A DNA stretch of 64,000 nucleotides from assembly GCF_964355755.1 (NCBI RefSeq), contig NC_092672.1, forward strand, positions 14,508,001-14,572,000, written 5' to 3'. A model generated the notes under the pieces. The model was not told the DNA's origin. It did no database searches and was given only the letters and a program-made list of their open reading frames with translations. Below, piece after piece: positions 1-12,389 of the stretch. Positions within the stretch are counted from its first letter, which is position 1; each line of letters starts with the position of its first letter. Position numbers and translations under genes: made by a program. The DNA is from Antedon mediterranea (lineage: Eukaryota; Animalia; Echinodermata).

Positions 1-699
1 GTTGATGTCAGTTTTGTCATGTTTTTGTGGATTAAAGTATAATTATCATTGCTTCTCTTAATTTCTTCTGGTTTCAAAGATTTTGTTGTATAGTGTTATG
101 AGCTGGATGTGTTATTGCCTCATCAAGCCAAGATGGTAATTTTGACTGCTCACTGGTTTGTTTTCCTTTTATATTCCACTACAGTATGTTCTTGAAAAGA
201 AATCAGCTTTGTAATTAATTTGTCTTTGATCCTTTTCAGATTTCTAATATTTTAAAATATGTTTTTCTTTTCTTCGCTTTTTCCTCACTGTTTCAAACAT
301 TTTATTTTTTCAGCATACTTCAAGCAATTAATTGATAATTAGGTCATATGTTTTATGAGTATCAAATCGCATTGGTTAATTCTTCTTTTCTTTCTTTAAG
401 ATCCTGATTTTCTTTCTTTTTTTAAATGTTATTTAACTTTTAAGTTTATCTAATTTTTTGTTGATATTAAGTGTTGCTCTTACGGTGTAGGCCTACCATG
501 CGATGGAATTATATATTGAAATTAAATTAAACATTAAGTTTTAAGAAAATTGTAAAAGGCTAAATAGGATATTGAATGTAGTTCTGGTCCATAAATCTAT
601 ATTTTAGGTATATTATTATAAGTATGACACACGCACGCTTAACTGTATATCCTGGTCATACCTCAAACTGGCATTTTCAGTAAAAATATGATAACATCT

Positions 700-1251
700 T
701 CTATTAGAGCTAATATAAATGTTTACATTTTGAACATTTTGACACCAAGTTGAACTTTTTATGACATTTGGTTACAGAGATACAGACATATTTAAACATT
801 AAAGGTCAAAGGTCAGTAAATGACATTTCCTGTGGATTTGGAAGAACATGTTTAATTAGAGTATATATAAATATGTATGCTCTTAACAATTTGAAACAAA
901 TTTCAAGAAATTTTGATCAGTAGTTATTGAGATATAGTAAGTCGAGGTCAAAGGTCAAAACATTGAGAAATTACATTTCCGGTCGTTTTTTTTGGAAAAA
1001 GTTCTATTAGAGCGAATATAAATATGTACCCTCTGATCTATTTGACACCAATATCATTTCAATTGTCAAACCCGTTGCGGAGATATGGCTGTTTAAGATA
1101 GAAATATAAAAATTGAGGTCAGAGGTCACAGAGGTCAAATCAGATTTCCAGTAACTTTGTTTTGGTATCTCCATATCATGTTCTATCAACATGCCAAAGG
1201 GCACACTTGTATCCACTATGGTAACATCATTTCCCCTTAGGGACTGGACTA
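700..1251. mobile_element. Degenerate non-autonomous DNA transposon fragment with internal repeats
   Basis: Recurrent AGGTCAAAGGTCA, ACATTTCC and ATTAGAG..TATATAAATATGTA units; ends in GGACTGGACTA (Academ-like CTA terminus). No matching left end or TSD confirmed. Confidence 0.4.
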
Positions 1252-1614
1252 GAAGGATTGAACCTTGTGTGGCACACCAATGCTAAAAGAATCAGTATTA
1301 CAACATTGAACTTGGAAAACAGCAAAACAAAAAGATCTTTTCTCTGTTGCACAAGAGGACACGCCATTGGACCCATAGCAATATGTCAAGGTCCCTTTAA
1401 ATCTATTATTTGCGATTTCTCATTTTTAACAGCCTAGTTTATCTCTGTTTAGTACAGTCTTTGTGTTGATGTAAGGCATGTTGAAAAGTATATAGCACAC
1501 ACAGTCTATGTCTATTGCACTACAGTATAACATATTTTCTAGACGGCCTTTGTTCAACTTTCAAACCGATATTAATGTTCATTTGTTCTCATGAAGTTAA
1601 CTAATCATACTGAC

Positions 1615-4600
1615 TTCATCTTTATACAATGACTTGGACTTCCATTTTGGATCATCAGCTAGTTTACGTCCATTCAGATCATCATCATGAGCCAACAATT
1701 TGTAGCCTTGATATTTGAAGATTTTTGAAAGCCAAGCTTCTGCTGCCTTACCACACTCATAACCACAAATGTCGAGGCCAAATATACTAGAAAAAGTAAA
1801 TTAACATGAAATCAAGATAAAAATGTTTGCAACATACTAGAAACCAATACATACTTTGTAACATTTTTATTTGTAGCCTTTTTCTATATTTTGCTAGGAT
1901 GAAGGAAGCATTTTTCAAACAATGATATTTGTGAATAATGAGGATACAATTTCTCTACTCAAGATCATTAGTATCGTAATTCAGCACCCCTGAAAAATAA
2001 ATGCTGGTTTACCTCCACCAAGGAGGTATGTACTCAAAAAGTAATTACAAGATCTTTCTCAAAATAAAAATACAGATAGATAATATGTGGTCAAGGACCA
2101 CTCCATTCAATTTTGGAGGCCATCCGGACCACGGTCCCAATTCTGCACCACTTTTTAGGACTATTTTCAGATCTGCTATAACTTATAAGTGTTAAAAAAA
2201 GATGAAAGAATTTTCAAACGCCGGCGAGCAATCTCAAAGTAACATGTCAACTGAAATTGCATTTTCTCGAGAACTACTTCATTTTTGTACAAGAGGCAAG
2301 AGTTATAATTTGTGATTTGTAATTTTAAAACATAATTAGATTTAATGTACAGGTATTTTGATTTCTTTTCAAATTCTTTTCAATTTTCAAAATTTGCTGT
2401 TCTATTAATGTTATTGTTAGTCAACTGAAACTATTGTTAGTTTTATTTATTTATGTAATTTTTCTTTTGACTGGATTGCATTTTCAGTTAGCATTACTGC
2501 TTTCCAAAATGGTCCAGTTATAAGTTTAAAAGTAAATAAAACTTATAAAATAGGTTTCGATCCAAGTCGGCCCTAAACCGTCTCGGCCAAAGTCAAGTCG
2601 GCCCCAAGTCAAGTCGGCCCCAAGTCAACTCGGCCTCAAGTCAACTCGGCCTCACGTCAACTCGGCCAAAAAATAATCGGTCAACTCGGCCCCGTTAAAG
2701 TATGGAACGCAAAAAGTGCAAATGAAGGGGATTGATAAAATAATATTTCTTCTTTTTTAACTATGAATAATTCTAACTTTTAATGAATATTATTATGTAG
2801 ACAATAATATATTTAGCAAAAAAGAATAGGAATGATTTCACCAACTTTCCTTTAATTATTTACGTTTAATAAAATGGCGTTTGCCAGCTTTTTCGATATC
2901 TACAACTGCTACGTCTTTTCGCTGACCGGGGGATTCCCCCTTTTTTTAAAACGCAAATCATGCACAAAAACGATGTACGATCATTTTTTCTATGGCCAAA
3001 TGGTGGAACGTAGGCCTCCGTCTTCGATTTCCTAAAATACGGTACCTGCACGTGTTTTTTGGTAACACGCGGGTACTTCTATTCATATCGGCAATGAGTT
3101 CATTTTTTTATATGATATTATATTTTTTATTTCTTCATTTTTTTTAAAACGTGGATAGTAAGAATCGTAATAATATTAAGCACTTTTTGCGTTCCATACT
3201 TTATTGTGGCCGAGTTGACCGATTAGTTTTTGGCCGAGTTGACGTGAGGCCGAGTTGACTTGAGGCCGAGTTGACTTGAGGCCGAGTTGACTTAGGGCCG
3301 ACTTGACGTGGGGCCGACTTGACTTTGGCCGAGACGGTTTGGGGCCGACTTGACCTGCACCCATAAAATATATAAGTACATAGTAGGCCTAATTTAAAAG
3401 ATATGTACAGAACTGTTAAAAACAAATAAAAAATAAAAAATGTAGAGTTGCTATATTTTTGAGTTTATAAATATTTTTCCCAGTTACTTTTGTTCTAGTT
3501 TCAGTTGGTAAAAGATTCCATTCTTTTGTTGCTCTGTATTTGAAGGTTCTTTTACCTTGAGCATTTTTCCAATTTGGTGTTATTAATGTTTTACTACTTT
3601 GGCTACCGGTGCATTTTGGGTGGAGGGAGTCATTAAACTTAAACATTGAGGATAAATATGTTGGTGAATGGCCATTAATGCATTTGAAAGTTGTAAATAG
3701 TAGATGTTCCCTCCATCTTTCATTTAGTGTACCCCAATTAAGTGTTTTAAAAATATCATTTATTGGTGTATATCTGCGGATAACAGAACTCTACCTAATC
3801 TATTTAATAATATTTGAAGTGTATTTAAAGTTGAAAAACTGGTTACATAACCATTATACTAAATTCGTAGTGAAATTAGCCTAATCACACACAGCATTAA
3901 GACACAAAAATAATAAAAATATATTTTTTTATCTCATGAAATCTTATGTAGGATAATTTTACAGTGGGCGGAGGTATGTACTTAACTTTCGGAGTGTCAT
4001 TCTAGTTGTCTAAACAGTGTGAACTTCCAATTATCACTTTTATATCCAGACTGTATTTTTAATACAGGGCATTATGCCTACCTTGTGTGGACTAGTGGTT
4101 GAGCAACATCAGCATTTACTGGTAATCTCAGCGGTTCTTGATTTTTGGCACTTAAGATGAGATTTTGTCCGTCATCTGATAGGCTTGGTTCAATCAGTTG
4201 CATAGTTGGTTCCTGTCTTGCTGTTGCAAATCTATTATTCTCATTTACAACCATAAACTTTCTAATTTTAAATGACAAAGTTTTAATAAAACAATCCACA
4301 AAGCAATTAAAAAAACCAAATACACCGATATCATCAATGTGATGTCATTGTATAAAATAATTAATGTGTATGGGTTGGATGGTGAGAATATTTCATGAGT
4401 TCAAAATTGACTGCTATATTTTTATTGAGGTGCAATAACACACCTACTTTTATTCAATTTATCCATCGTAAATAATTGTCGGGTCGGAAATCTAGGAAAC
4501 TTTAGATGTGGAGTAGAACAGTTATATACACAAGTTGATTTCCGAATGTCAACAACGTCACATGGCAAACATTCTCCAACTGTTTACAGAAAGTTGAACA

Positions 4601-6310
4601 TGCATTAGAGCGTGTTAATTACCACCATTAGATATCATAATTAACCCATCAAATTGCAAGAATACAATGGGTGTGTTATAATACATACTCTCTGTGGTTC
4701 CTTGCTGAACATTTGCATGTCAAGTTTGAGGTTTCTCAATTATCACCCAATCCTAAATAGGACGCAATGTCCTGGCGTATATTAATAGTAACCATGACAA
4801 CACCAGAATTTTGGTGAAAAAGATTTTAGGTACCGTGAATAAAATCCAGTGTCAACACTCGCATTTGGCGATAATAACTGAAAGTAACCTACTGGGAATC
4901 AAACTCAAGTAGATTAGTTCACATCTTCACGCTGCGCCACGTAACTTTCTTGAAGAAATAATTCAACTAAAGTTGACTTAAAGGCGGAGTTGACGTGGGG
5001 CTGACTTAACGTGGGATGGGACCAACTTGACTTGGGGGCGACTTGTTGACTAGGTGCCGACTTGACTTTGGCCGGGCCGAGTTGGTTCGAAAACCTCCAT
5101 GTTTTAACTGTCACACCAAAATCAGTCCGGGCCAAAATCGGTCCGGCGGACCAGTTTTGGCTGCCAAAATCAGTCCGGGGGACCATTTATGGCTGCCAAA
5201 ACTGGTCCGCCGGACCAATTTCGGCCGCCAAAACTGGTCCGGCCTGGATAAAATTGGTCCGGGCAGTAGGACTGTTTTTGGCCGCCAAATATGGTCCGAT
5301 CTTACAAATATATGGTGCGCAAAATGAGTCATAATGTATATATCATTAAAAAAGGCCATGATTAGTCTACGGGGTTTTATTTGTTATTTTAATATTATAA
5401 ATTAAGCCTGTTTTTTTATCATCATTATTATTACTATTAGTAACTCATAAATAATTAATACTAATTGTTAGTTAGGCTTTTTGTGTATAATTCTCTGCCT
5501 GTTTTTAATCCATTTTGAAATTTTGTTTTTTTTTACATCTTCGTTTCCCCATGATGTTAAAAAACAATTTTATTTATTACTTATTTATGGTTAATCAATT
5601 AATCCAATATTGATTAGGCTGAGGAAGGAAAAAGGCCTCAATCATAAAATAAAATCTAGCTGGCAATATCACTATCAGCGTCTCATAAATCATAGTACCC
5701 GTTCATGATGTGAGTGTGTGGCAGGCTGAAATATGAGTGAACACCTAGGCTATATAAGTCATGTTTTTAGATAAAATACATTTATTTATAGTATTTATCC
5801 GACAAGATAACTTACTTATATATATCATTGGATATTTTTCTAGCCATAAACAACTTAAAACAGCATCATAGGCCTAGTAATTCAATTAAAATCGACAGAA
5901 GAAAAACTCGGACCGATTTTGGCAGTGACGGACTGCTTTTCGCCACAACTTTAGAGCCAAAACTGGTCCGACCGGACCGATTTTGGCCCCGGATCATATT
6001 TGTCGTGACAGCCCCTACAAGAAAATCCTATGTACTGTATGCCGTCTAGGCCTAGGCCTAAACAAGAACCAACTTACCGATCTCGCAAAGATCCATATTT
6101 CAGGCCACGCATGGAACATTCAACCTCATCATCATGAAAAGATATTCCCTTGAAGGATTTCACAGGATATATAATTATATCACTGACTCTACCTACTTCG
6201 ATGAATCTTTTTGATGATTTACGTTTTCGGGTTAAATAATAGATAGCATAAGTCGTTATAAAAGTTGATGAAATGGCTAATATTAGCCCAAAAGTTTGGT
6301 TATACAGCAT
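1615..6310 (-). CDS. MTARC: Mitochondrial amidoxime-reducing component (mARC, MOSC family), copy A; first 3 coding exons, 3' part lies beyond the left window edge
   Basis: Exons 6310-6078, 4261-4082, 1786-1615 with GT-AG sites and matching phases. N-terminal hydrophobic anchor, then VSDIIIYPVKSFKG...GSLRDRKFMVVNE...ARQEPTMQLIEP...GYECGKAAEAWLSK, typical MOSC_N motifs. Confidence 0.92.
2440..3780 (-). mobile_element. L2/CR1-group LINE 3' fragment, interrupted by a MITE
   Basis: Minus-strand C-terminal LINE ORF2-like sequence (LNWGTL...FKCINGHSPTYLSSMF...GKRTFKYRATKEWNLLP) at about 3430-3780. A stem-loop-like 3' end and AAAT tail at about 2440-2520 lie on the other side of the MITE. Confidence 0.65.
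2553..3362. mobile_element. MITE, 810 bp, long TIRs built from CAAGTC(AACTC)GGCC repeats (copy 1)
   Basis: Imperfect TIRs of about 170 bp; 8-bp TSD ATAAAATA (2545-2552 / 3363-3370); near-identical copy at 10021-10790. Confidence 0.92.
4965..5095. mobile_element. Degenerate terminal fragment related to the 2553-3362 MITE family
   Basis: GCCGACTTGACTTTGGCCG-type repeats ending TCGAAAACC, the inverse of the GGTTTCGA terminus. Confidence 0.6.
5109..6010. mobile_element. MITE with TGTCAC...GTGACA termini and CCAAAA.TGGTCCG subterminal repeats
   Basis: Inverted ends (GGGCCAAAATCGGTCCGG vs CCGGACCGATTTTGGCCC); no TSD identified. Confidence 0.7.
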
Positions 6311-6779
6311 TTCAAATAAAAAACGGGCTGTAAATCTGTGTGGAAACCTGCTGCCTGAACGCGAGTATTGATGATACTGACCTGGATGCTGCTGGTATTA
6401 CCAGTTTTTATCTGTCTGGCTGTCTAGGCTATGGGGCATGGCCTTCTATCGTTTCATTTCGTGATCCCCTATCGGGGGGGAGAATAAAATTGCTATGACA
6501 ATTATAACAAAAATATAGATAACCTTAAACTGGCCGGTCCCGCTTGTAAATGTTACGCCTCAACGAAATATGTTTGTTTTTATATGTATTTTATTGCGAT
6601 ATAGAACATTTTTGTAGGTCAGTACAGGTCGCACAATTGACCAATCAAAAAATTTGTCTTTTAACTCATGGAGCTGTGCAACAGTAACTGTCCAATCAGA
6701 TTCCCTTACACAGCGGGATACGGCTACTAGACGATCGTAAACAAACATGTGTTGTTCTTCTGGAGCGCGGAGCAGGAAG

Positions 6780-8856
6780 ATGTCATCTTCTGATGATCAA
6801 AAACGTTGTTATTGACACAATACATCTAATTCTGGGACAATATTAACATTCACAGAAACCAAATGGAAAACTTTTTTAATGTGTACAAAAAGTTGGTGCA
6901 ATCTAAGCGGCAATCAAAAGGAGTTTTGTAGCCGCAAATCCTTTTGAAAATATTGAGAGGAGCTTACCAATAATACTTGTTACCAATTCCTGGCGACGCT
7001 GGATGTCATAAAAAGATGCTATCAATATTTCACTGATTGTAGCAAACAAAGGCGAGCAGTAAAATATGAAATAGAGGATGTTAATTCATCCAACAATGAA
7101 GAAGGTAAATTCTATTTGTTTTAATGATAGGTCTAGCCTAGGCTAGCTAGGCCCAGTAATTAGTTCATATCATACTGCCTTGCTAAAAAAAGCCTAGCTA
7201 GGTAGGTTGGCGGTGGGTAGTCTACAAAGTTTATTTTTTTAATATGTATTAAGCCTACGTAGAGTAGGCTAGGCCTAGTATATAATTTTTTTTAAATATC
7301 TGGGCAAAAAAAAAATGAACCCATAATTACAATATGAATTAGGCCTAGCTAGGGTGGCCCCAGTATTATTGTGTAGTGGACCTAGTTTGATGGTACCTCC
7401 ATCTTGGGAAAAAACATTTGCATTTTATTATTCAATGTGGTAATGCATGCAAACCTTGGCAAGTAGCCTCAGGCAAGGACAGAATGGACCAACCTGATGC
7501 TTTATGTTGTTATTTGAGACATATTATTTGAATTCTTGTACTGCAATATTAAATAGTGTATAGATGATACTGAACTGATTATATTATTATATTTATTACA
7601 CAAACATTTAGAATCATAAATATTAATTAGTATTCTTTTTTTTTACAGAAGAATTTCAAGGATTAGAGTCAACAGAAGAGTTACTAAACGAAGGAGAGTT
7701 CTGCGATCACATGTAGCAATTACACAAACTGCATAAAAAATGCTGAACGAAGTCGAAGAGTAGCCATCGGCTCACAAACAATTAAAATACCAAAAGCCGA
7801 ACAGCAAATTCCAGAACAGTTGAAAACATTTTTATCTGCTAATCAAGTTCTTCTTTCAAATATGAAGCATGTGTGAAGCAGATCACCTCAAGGGAATAAA
7901 TGTATTCATAACATCATCATTATTATGCAATTCTATTTCAGAATCAAATGGAAAAGTTTTAATCAAGAAGAGGCAGACACCAGAATGTTTCTGTATGCGA
8001 AGTATGCTGCACACCATGGTGGTAAAGATATTGTTACAATCAGCCCTGACACTGATGATGTTTTTATTATTGGATTGGCATTTTGCAAAAGTCTGCATGG
8101 CTGTCACCTATATTTCAATACTGGAAAAGATGCTAATCTCCGAACAATTCATCTGCAGGCTATTCAGGAACATATTGGAAATGATGTTTCAAATGCATTA
8201 ATTAGACTACATTGCTTCACAGGATGCGATTCAGTCAGCGCTTTTTTAGGAACGGTAAAGTGAAGGCAATGAAACTCGTAATGGAAAACTCTAATTTATG
8301 CATTCTTTTCATTGGGCAATTCTACCAGCAAACTTTCAGATAAATTACTTTGTGATCTAGAAACATTTGTATGTAGGCTGTACAGTATTGTCACAAGAAC
8401 CAATCTGTCAATGAAGTAAGGTATGCAATGTTCTCAATGAATGTAAGAGCTGAAAATATGATGCCACACAATAAAGATACTGTATATAAACATATTCAGC
8501 ATGCCAATTCTCAAGCTTCAATTCACAAAGCTAGTTTTATTCAACAACAAAATGCTCCATCTCCTGTTGGAAATGGGTGGAAGATGGCCGATAATAAACT
8601 CGTAATTGACTGGATGGAGAAGCAACCTGCTCTACACAGCATTCTCGAATTGTCATCCTGGTCATGTAAAAAGTCAAAATGCAATGAAGGGGTTGCAAAT
8701 GAAAAATGCTGTGTATCCTTAGGATTCTCTTGTACAGAATTATGCTCGTGCAAAAACTGTAACAATCTTCTTCATACATCAGATGTTTGAAATTGATGGA
8801 GATGATAGCGATGATGAGGAAGAGTTTGAGCAGGAAGAACTTTTTAGTGTATTTTA
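6780..8856 (+). pseudogene. Academ transposase remnant: N-terminal piece, XPG/PIN-like domain and C-terminal Cys cluster
   Basis: CHKRCYQYFT (about 7000), IKNAERSRR (about 7735), QEEADTRMFLYAKYA..SPDTDDVFII..LHCFTGCDSVSAF (7960-8250), SPVGNGW..CKKSKC..CCVSLGFSCTELCSCKNCNN, then an acidic tail. Multiple stops and frameshifts. Confidence 0.8.
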
Positions 8857-8917
8857 AGTGTAATTTATGGTTTACAAATGTTCATTTTACTTGGTCTACA
8901 TGATTTTAATGTAATAG

Positions 8918-9376
8918 GCCTATAATATGTAAATTTATATTAAACTATTTTGTAACTTAACTATTTTGTAACGTAAAGGATGAACCACGAGAAAGTATAA
9001 ATAAAGAACCCATGAGGTGATAAGCAATATTAAGACACAGGAGTATTATAAGAAAATTTCTACTTTGATGCTTACAATACATTAATATGCCTATAAAATG
9101 TAAATTTATATTAAACTATTTTGTAACTTAACTATTTTGTAACGTAACGGATGAACCATGAGATGATAAGCGATATTAAGACACAGGAGTATTATAAGAA
9201 ACTTTCTACTTTGATGCTTACAATACATTAATATGCCTATAAAATGTAAATTTATATTAAACTATTTTGTAACTTAACCATTTTGTAACGTAACGGATGA
9301 ACCATGAGAAAGTATAAAATAAAGAACCCATGAGATGATAAGCAATATTAAGAAACAGGAGTATTATAAGAAACTT
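8918..9376. repeat. Three imperfect tandem copies of a 145-170 bp unit inside the Academ element
   Basis: GCCTATAA.ATGTAAATTTATATTAAACTATTTTGTAAC recurs at about 8918, 9088 and 9234. Confidence 0.85.
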
Positions 9377-10020
9377 TGCTGTAATAATTTCATTTATTTG
9401 TTACTAATTGATTATAATTCTATGTTATACATCTACAATGAAAACAATAATGCAACATTTGATTTATTACTAATTGATTATAATTCTATGTTATGCATCC
9501 AATGAAAACAAAAAGTTGCAATTATATAGGAGAGATAATATTAATAAATATTTTGTGACAGCATAGTCATGAATTATAAGATTGAAAATGCATCTTCTTT
9601 TCAGTGTGCTTAAATAAATATTAATTAAGGTTTACTAACAGATACATTTCTTACAAGGACTACAATATTAATCTCAAAATTATGATAAAAATATTGCATG
9701 TTAAATGTGAAAGAAAGATACAGTATAAGTTATTCCAATGGAACGATTGTATTTTATCCAGTACTAACACTAACAGAAAATATACAAAATAGAGGGCGCT
9801 ATTTCTATGTATTTCTTTATGTTGAGAAATTCGATTTTTTTACACCTAAAATTACACTTATTGCGTAACTTTTGAAAGCGGGACCGGCTGAATTTGTGTT
9901 AATCTAATTATTAACTATAAACTGTGTGAATATCTTCCTCCCCCCCGTTAGGAGATCACGAAATTCGTTTTCTAGGCCTCTTTTTGGCTCATGCCCCATA
10001 GCCTAGTCTGGAAAAAAAAT

Positions 10021-10790
10021 GGTTTCGATCCAAGTCGGCCCTAAACCGTCTCGGCCAAAGTCAAGTCGGCCCCAAGTCAAGTCGGCCTCAAGTCAACTCG
10101 GCCTCAAGTCAACTCGGCCTCAAGTCAACTCGGCCTCACGTCAACTCGGCCAAAAAATAATCGGTCAACTCGGCCCCGTTAAAGTATGAAACGCAAAAAG
10201 TGCAAATGAAGGGGATTGATAAAATAATATTTCTTCTTTTTTAACTATGAATAATTCTGACTTTTAATGAATATTATTATTTAGACAATAATATATTTAG
10301 CAAAAAAAATAGGAATGATTTTTTTTTTTTACAACTGCTACGTGTTTTCGCTGACCGGGGGATTCCCCTTTTTAAAAAACGCAAATCATGCACAAAAACG
10401 ATGTACGATCATTTTTTCTATGGTCAAATGGTGGAACGTAGGCCTCCGTCTTCGATTTCCTAAAATACGGTACCTGCACGTGTTTTTTTGTAACACGCGG
10501 GTACTTCTATTCATATCGGCAATGAGTTCATTTTTTTATATGATATTAAATTTTTTATTTCTTCATTTTTTTTAAAACGTGGATAGTAAGAATCGTAATA
10601 ATATTAAGCACTTTTTGCGTTCCATACTTTATTGTGGCCGAGTTGACCGATTAGTTTTTGGCCGAGTTGACGTGAGGCCGAGTTGACTTGAGGCCGAGTT
10701 GACTTGAGGCCGAGTTGACTTGGGGCCGACTTGACGTGGGGCCGACTTGACTTTGGCCGAGACGGTTTGGGGCCGACTTGACCTGCACCC
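10021..10790. mobile_element. MITE, 770 bp (copy 2 of the 2553-3362 family)
   Basis: Same ends GGTTTCGATCC...GACCTGCACCC; 8-bp TSD AAAAAAAT. Has an internal deletion of about 60 bp and one extra repeat unit relative to copy 1. Confidence 0.92.
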
Positions 10791-12389
10791 AAAAAAATAG
10801 TGACCTGTATCACTATCGTTTCACTTCGTTTATCAAATCAATAAAATATTTAAAAAACAAAACAAAATCCCCCTTTTTACCAGCGAACCCAAACAAAGAC
10901 CCCACTTCCAAAATCGTGCAAAATTATTATCAATTTTTATAGCAGATTTTTTGGTCATTTAACTTTGTTGCTTGACAAGTTGTCTGACGTCATCATATGG
11001 GCACTCGAATGGATTTCCGTTATCATGGAACTATCTTATATTATAGTTCCATGCATTTATATGGACAGTTGAATAAAAAAGTCGGATTTTCATCTTTTGT
11101 GTCATAGTTCATCACATTTAAAAGAGCGCGCATCTCGATCCAATGTATCAGAATTTCTTCAACATTTTAATATATGCTGTTAATTTGCTAAAACGATTAT
11201 ATTTCGAAACTGTTATCTTCATGTTTAATTTTGATGACGTTAAAAATGTGAATAAAAGGTGGTCCCAGTAATATCAACTTTGCTACACTGTATGTAGATA
11301 CTGTACTATCTATAATATTATCAGGTCTTAAGTTCTGTAATCTTTTTCTATTCGCATTTTCTTTGCCAACAATATTTCCCATAGAGGAAGGATTGTTTTG
11401 ACAACGAACGACAAACGAAAACATTTTTTTATTGAACAGGTCTTACACATACTACTGTCTGCTGCTGCATACAAATACATCTCATAGACTCTCTTTTCCC
11501 AGATTTGCTTTGGGGTTTGAGCATGCCCAGTCCGAGTTTCCAATACCCATTTTCCAGCCATATTAAACATTAGCCTCCGCGTGATACAGTTTTCCTAATG
11601 CTTCTGTCCTCTTCAATATAACGGTCGTTAAAAGGCGTGGCGCGAAAACAAAGAATTCATCTGACAGATATATTCATACTAAATATTTATTTTGAATCTG
11701 TTGATCCAGTGAGTATTGTACAATATACCATGTCTAGCTAGTATACAGCAATAAACAATTCATAAAGATTTTTAATAATTTCACAAATACATTTAATTTT
11801 AGTATCAAATATTTAGACATTTTATAAAAAAAATTTTAATTAAACTCCAATTAAAGTATATAAGATCATACAATTTCAATAAGGTGATGTGTATAAATAT
11901 ATAAAGTATACTTGATTAAATAGATTGTTATTTGAATAACACAGATCCTGATTAATACTTTTAGCATAAAATATTTAGAAAAATCTAAACCCAATTATTG
12001 AATTATAAAATATAATACAATTTTAACAAGATCAGACAATCAAGGTCTATATTACTTGAATGACAGCAATTAAAGCCAGACCTGCTATTGATCACATTTT
12101 GTGATAAAATGATGACCCATGCATTGTTATGCTAGACATCATGATCCAGGCATACTTTTATCTGCTTGATATCGATAGAAATGCTACCAATCTTATCTCA
12201 AGTACTTTACCTGGCTATGTATTGACTAATGTTACTAGTTTAGAAAGAGAAACTTGCTTGATTGGATTTGGTGTATTGTTTTAAATTCTCATGATTTAAA
12301 ATAAGGATCAGGATTGATAGTTATCATCCTTGGAAACAAATATTAATAATTATTTTATACCAGCATGGTCAAAAGATGAGTGACTTGAA

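Larger units (their letters stand above)
6425..10005 (+). mobile_element. Internally deleted Academ-type DNA transposon
   Basis: TAGGCTATGGGGCATG...CATGCCCCATAGCCTA termini with about 135 bp of imperfect TIR; 3-bp TSD GTC. Internal frameshifted coding remnants (see next feature). Confidence 0.85.

Noticed and set aside
1255-1560. Possible LINE RT remnant (GVP-QGSI on the minus strand)
   Set aside because: Single frameshifted motif; too degraded to delimit.
5043-5359. Overlapping ORFs in several frames
   Set aside because: Produced by GC-rich MITE subterminal repeats.
11197-11570. Short minus-strand ORFs between the mARC copies
   Set aside because: No recognisable motif or splice structure.
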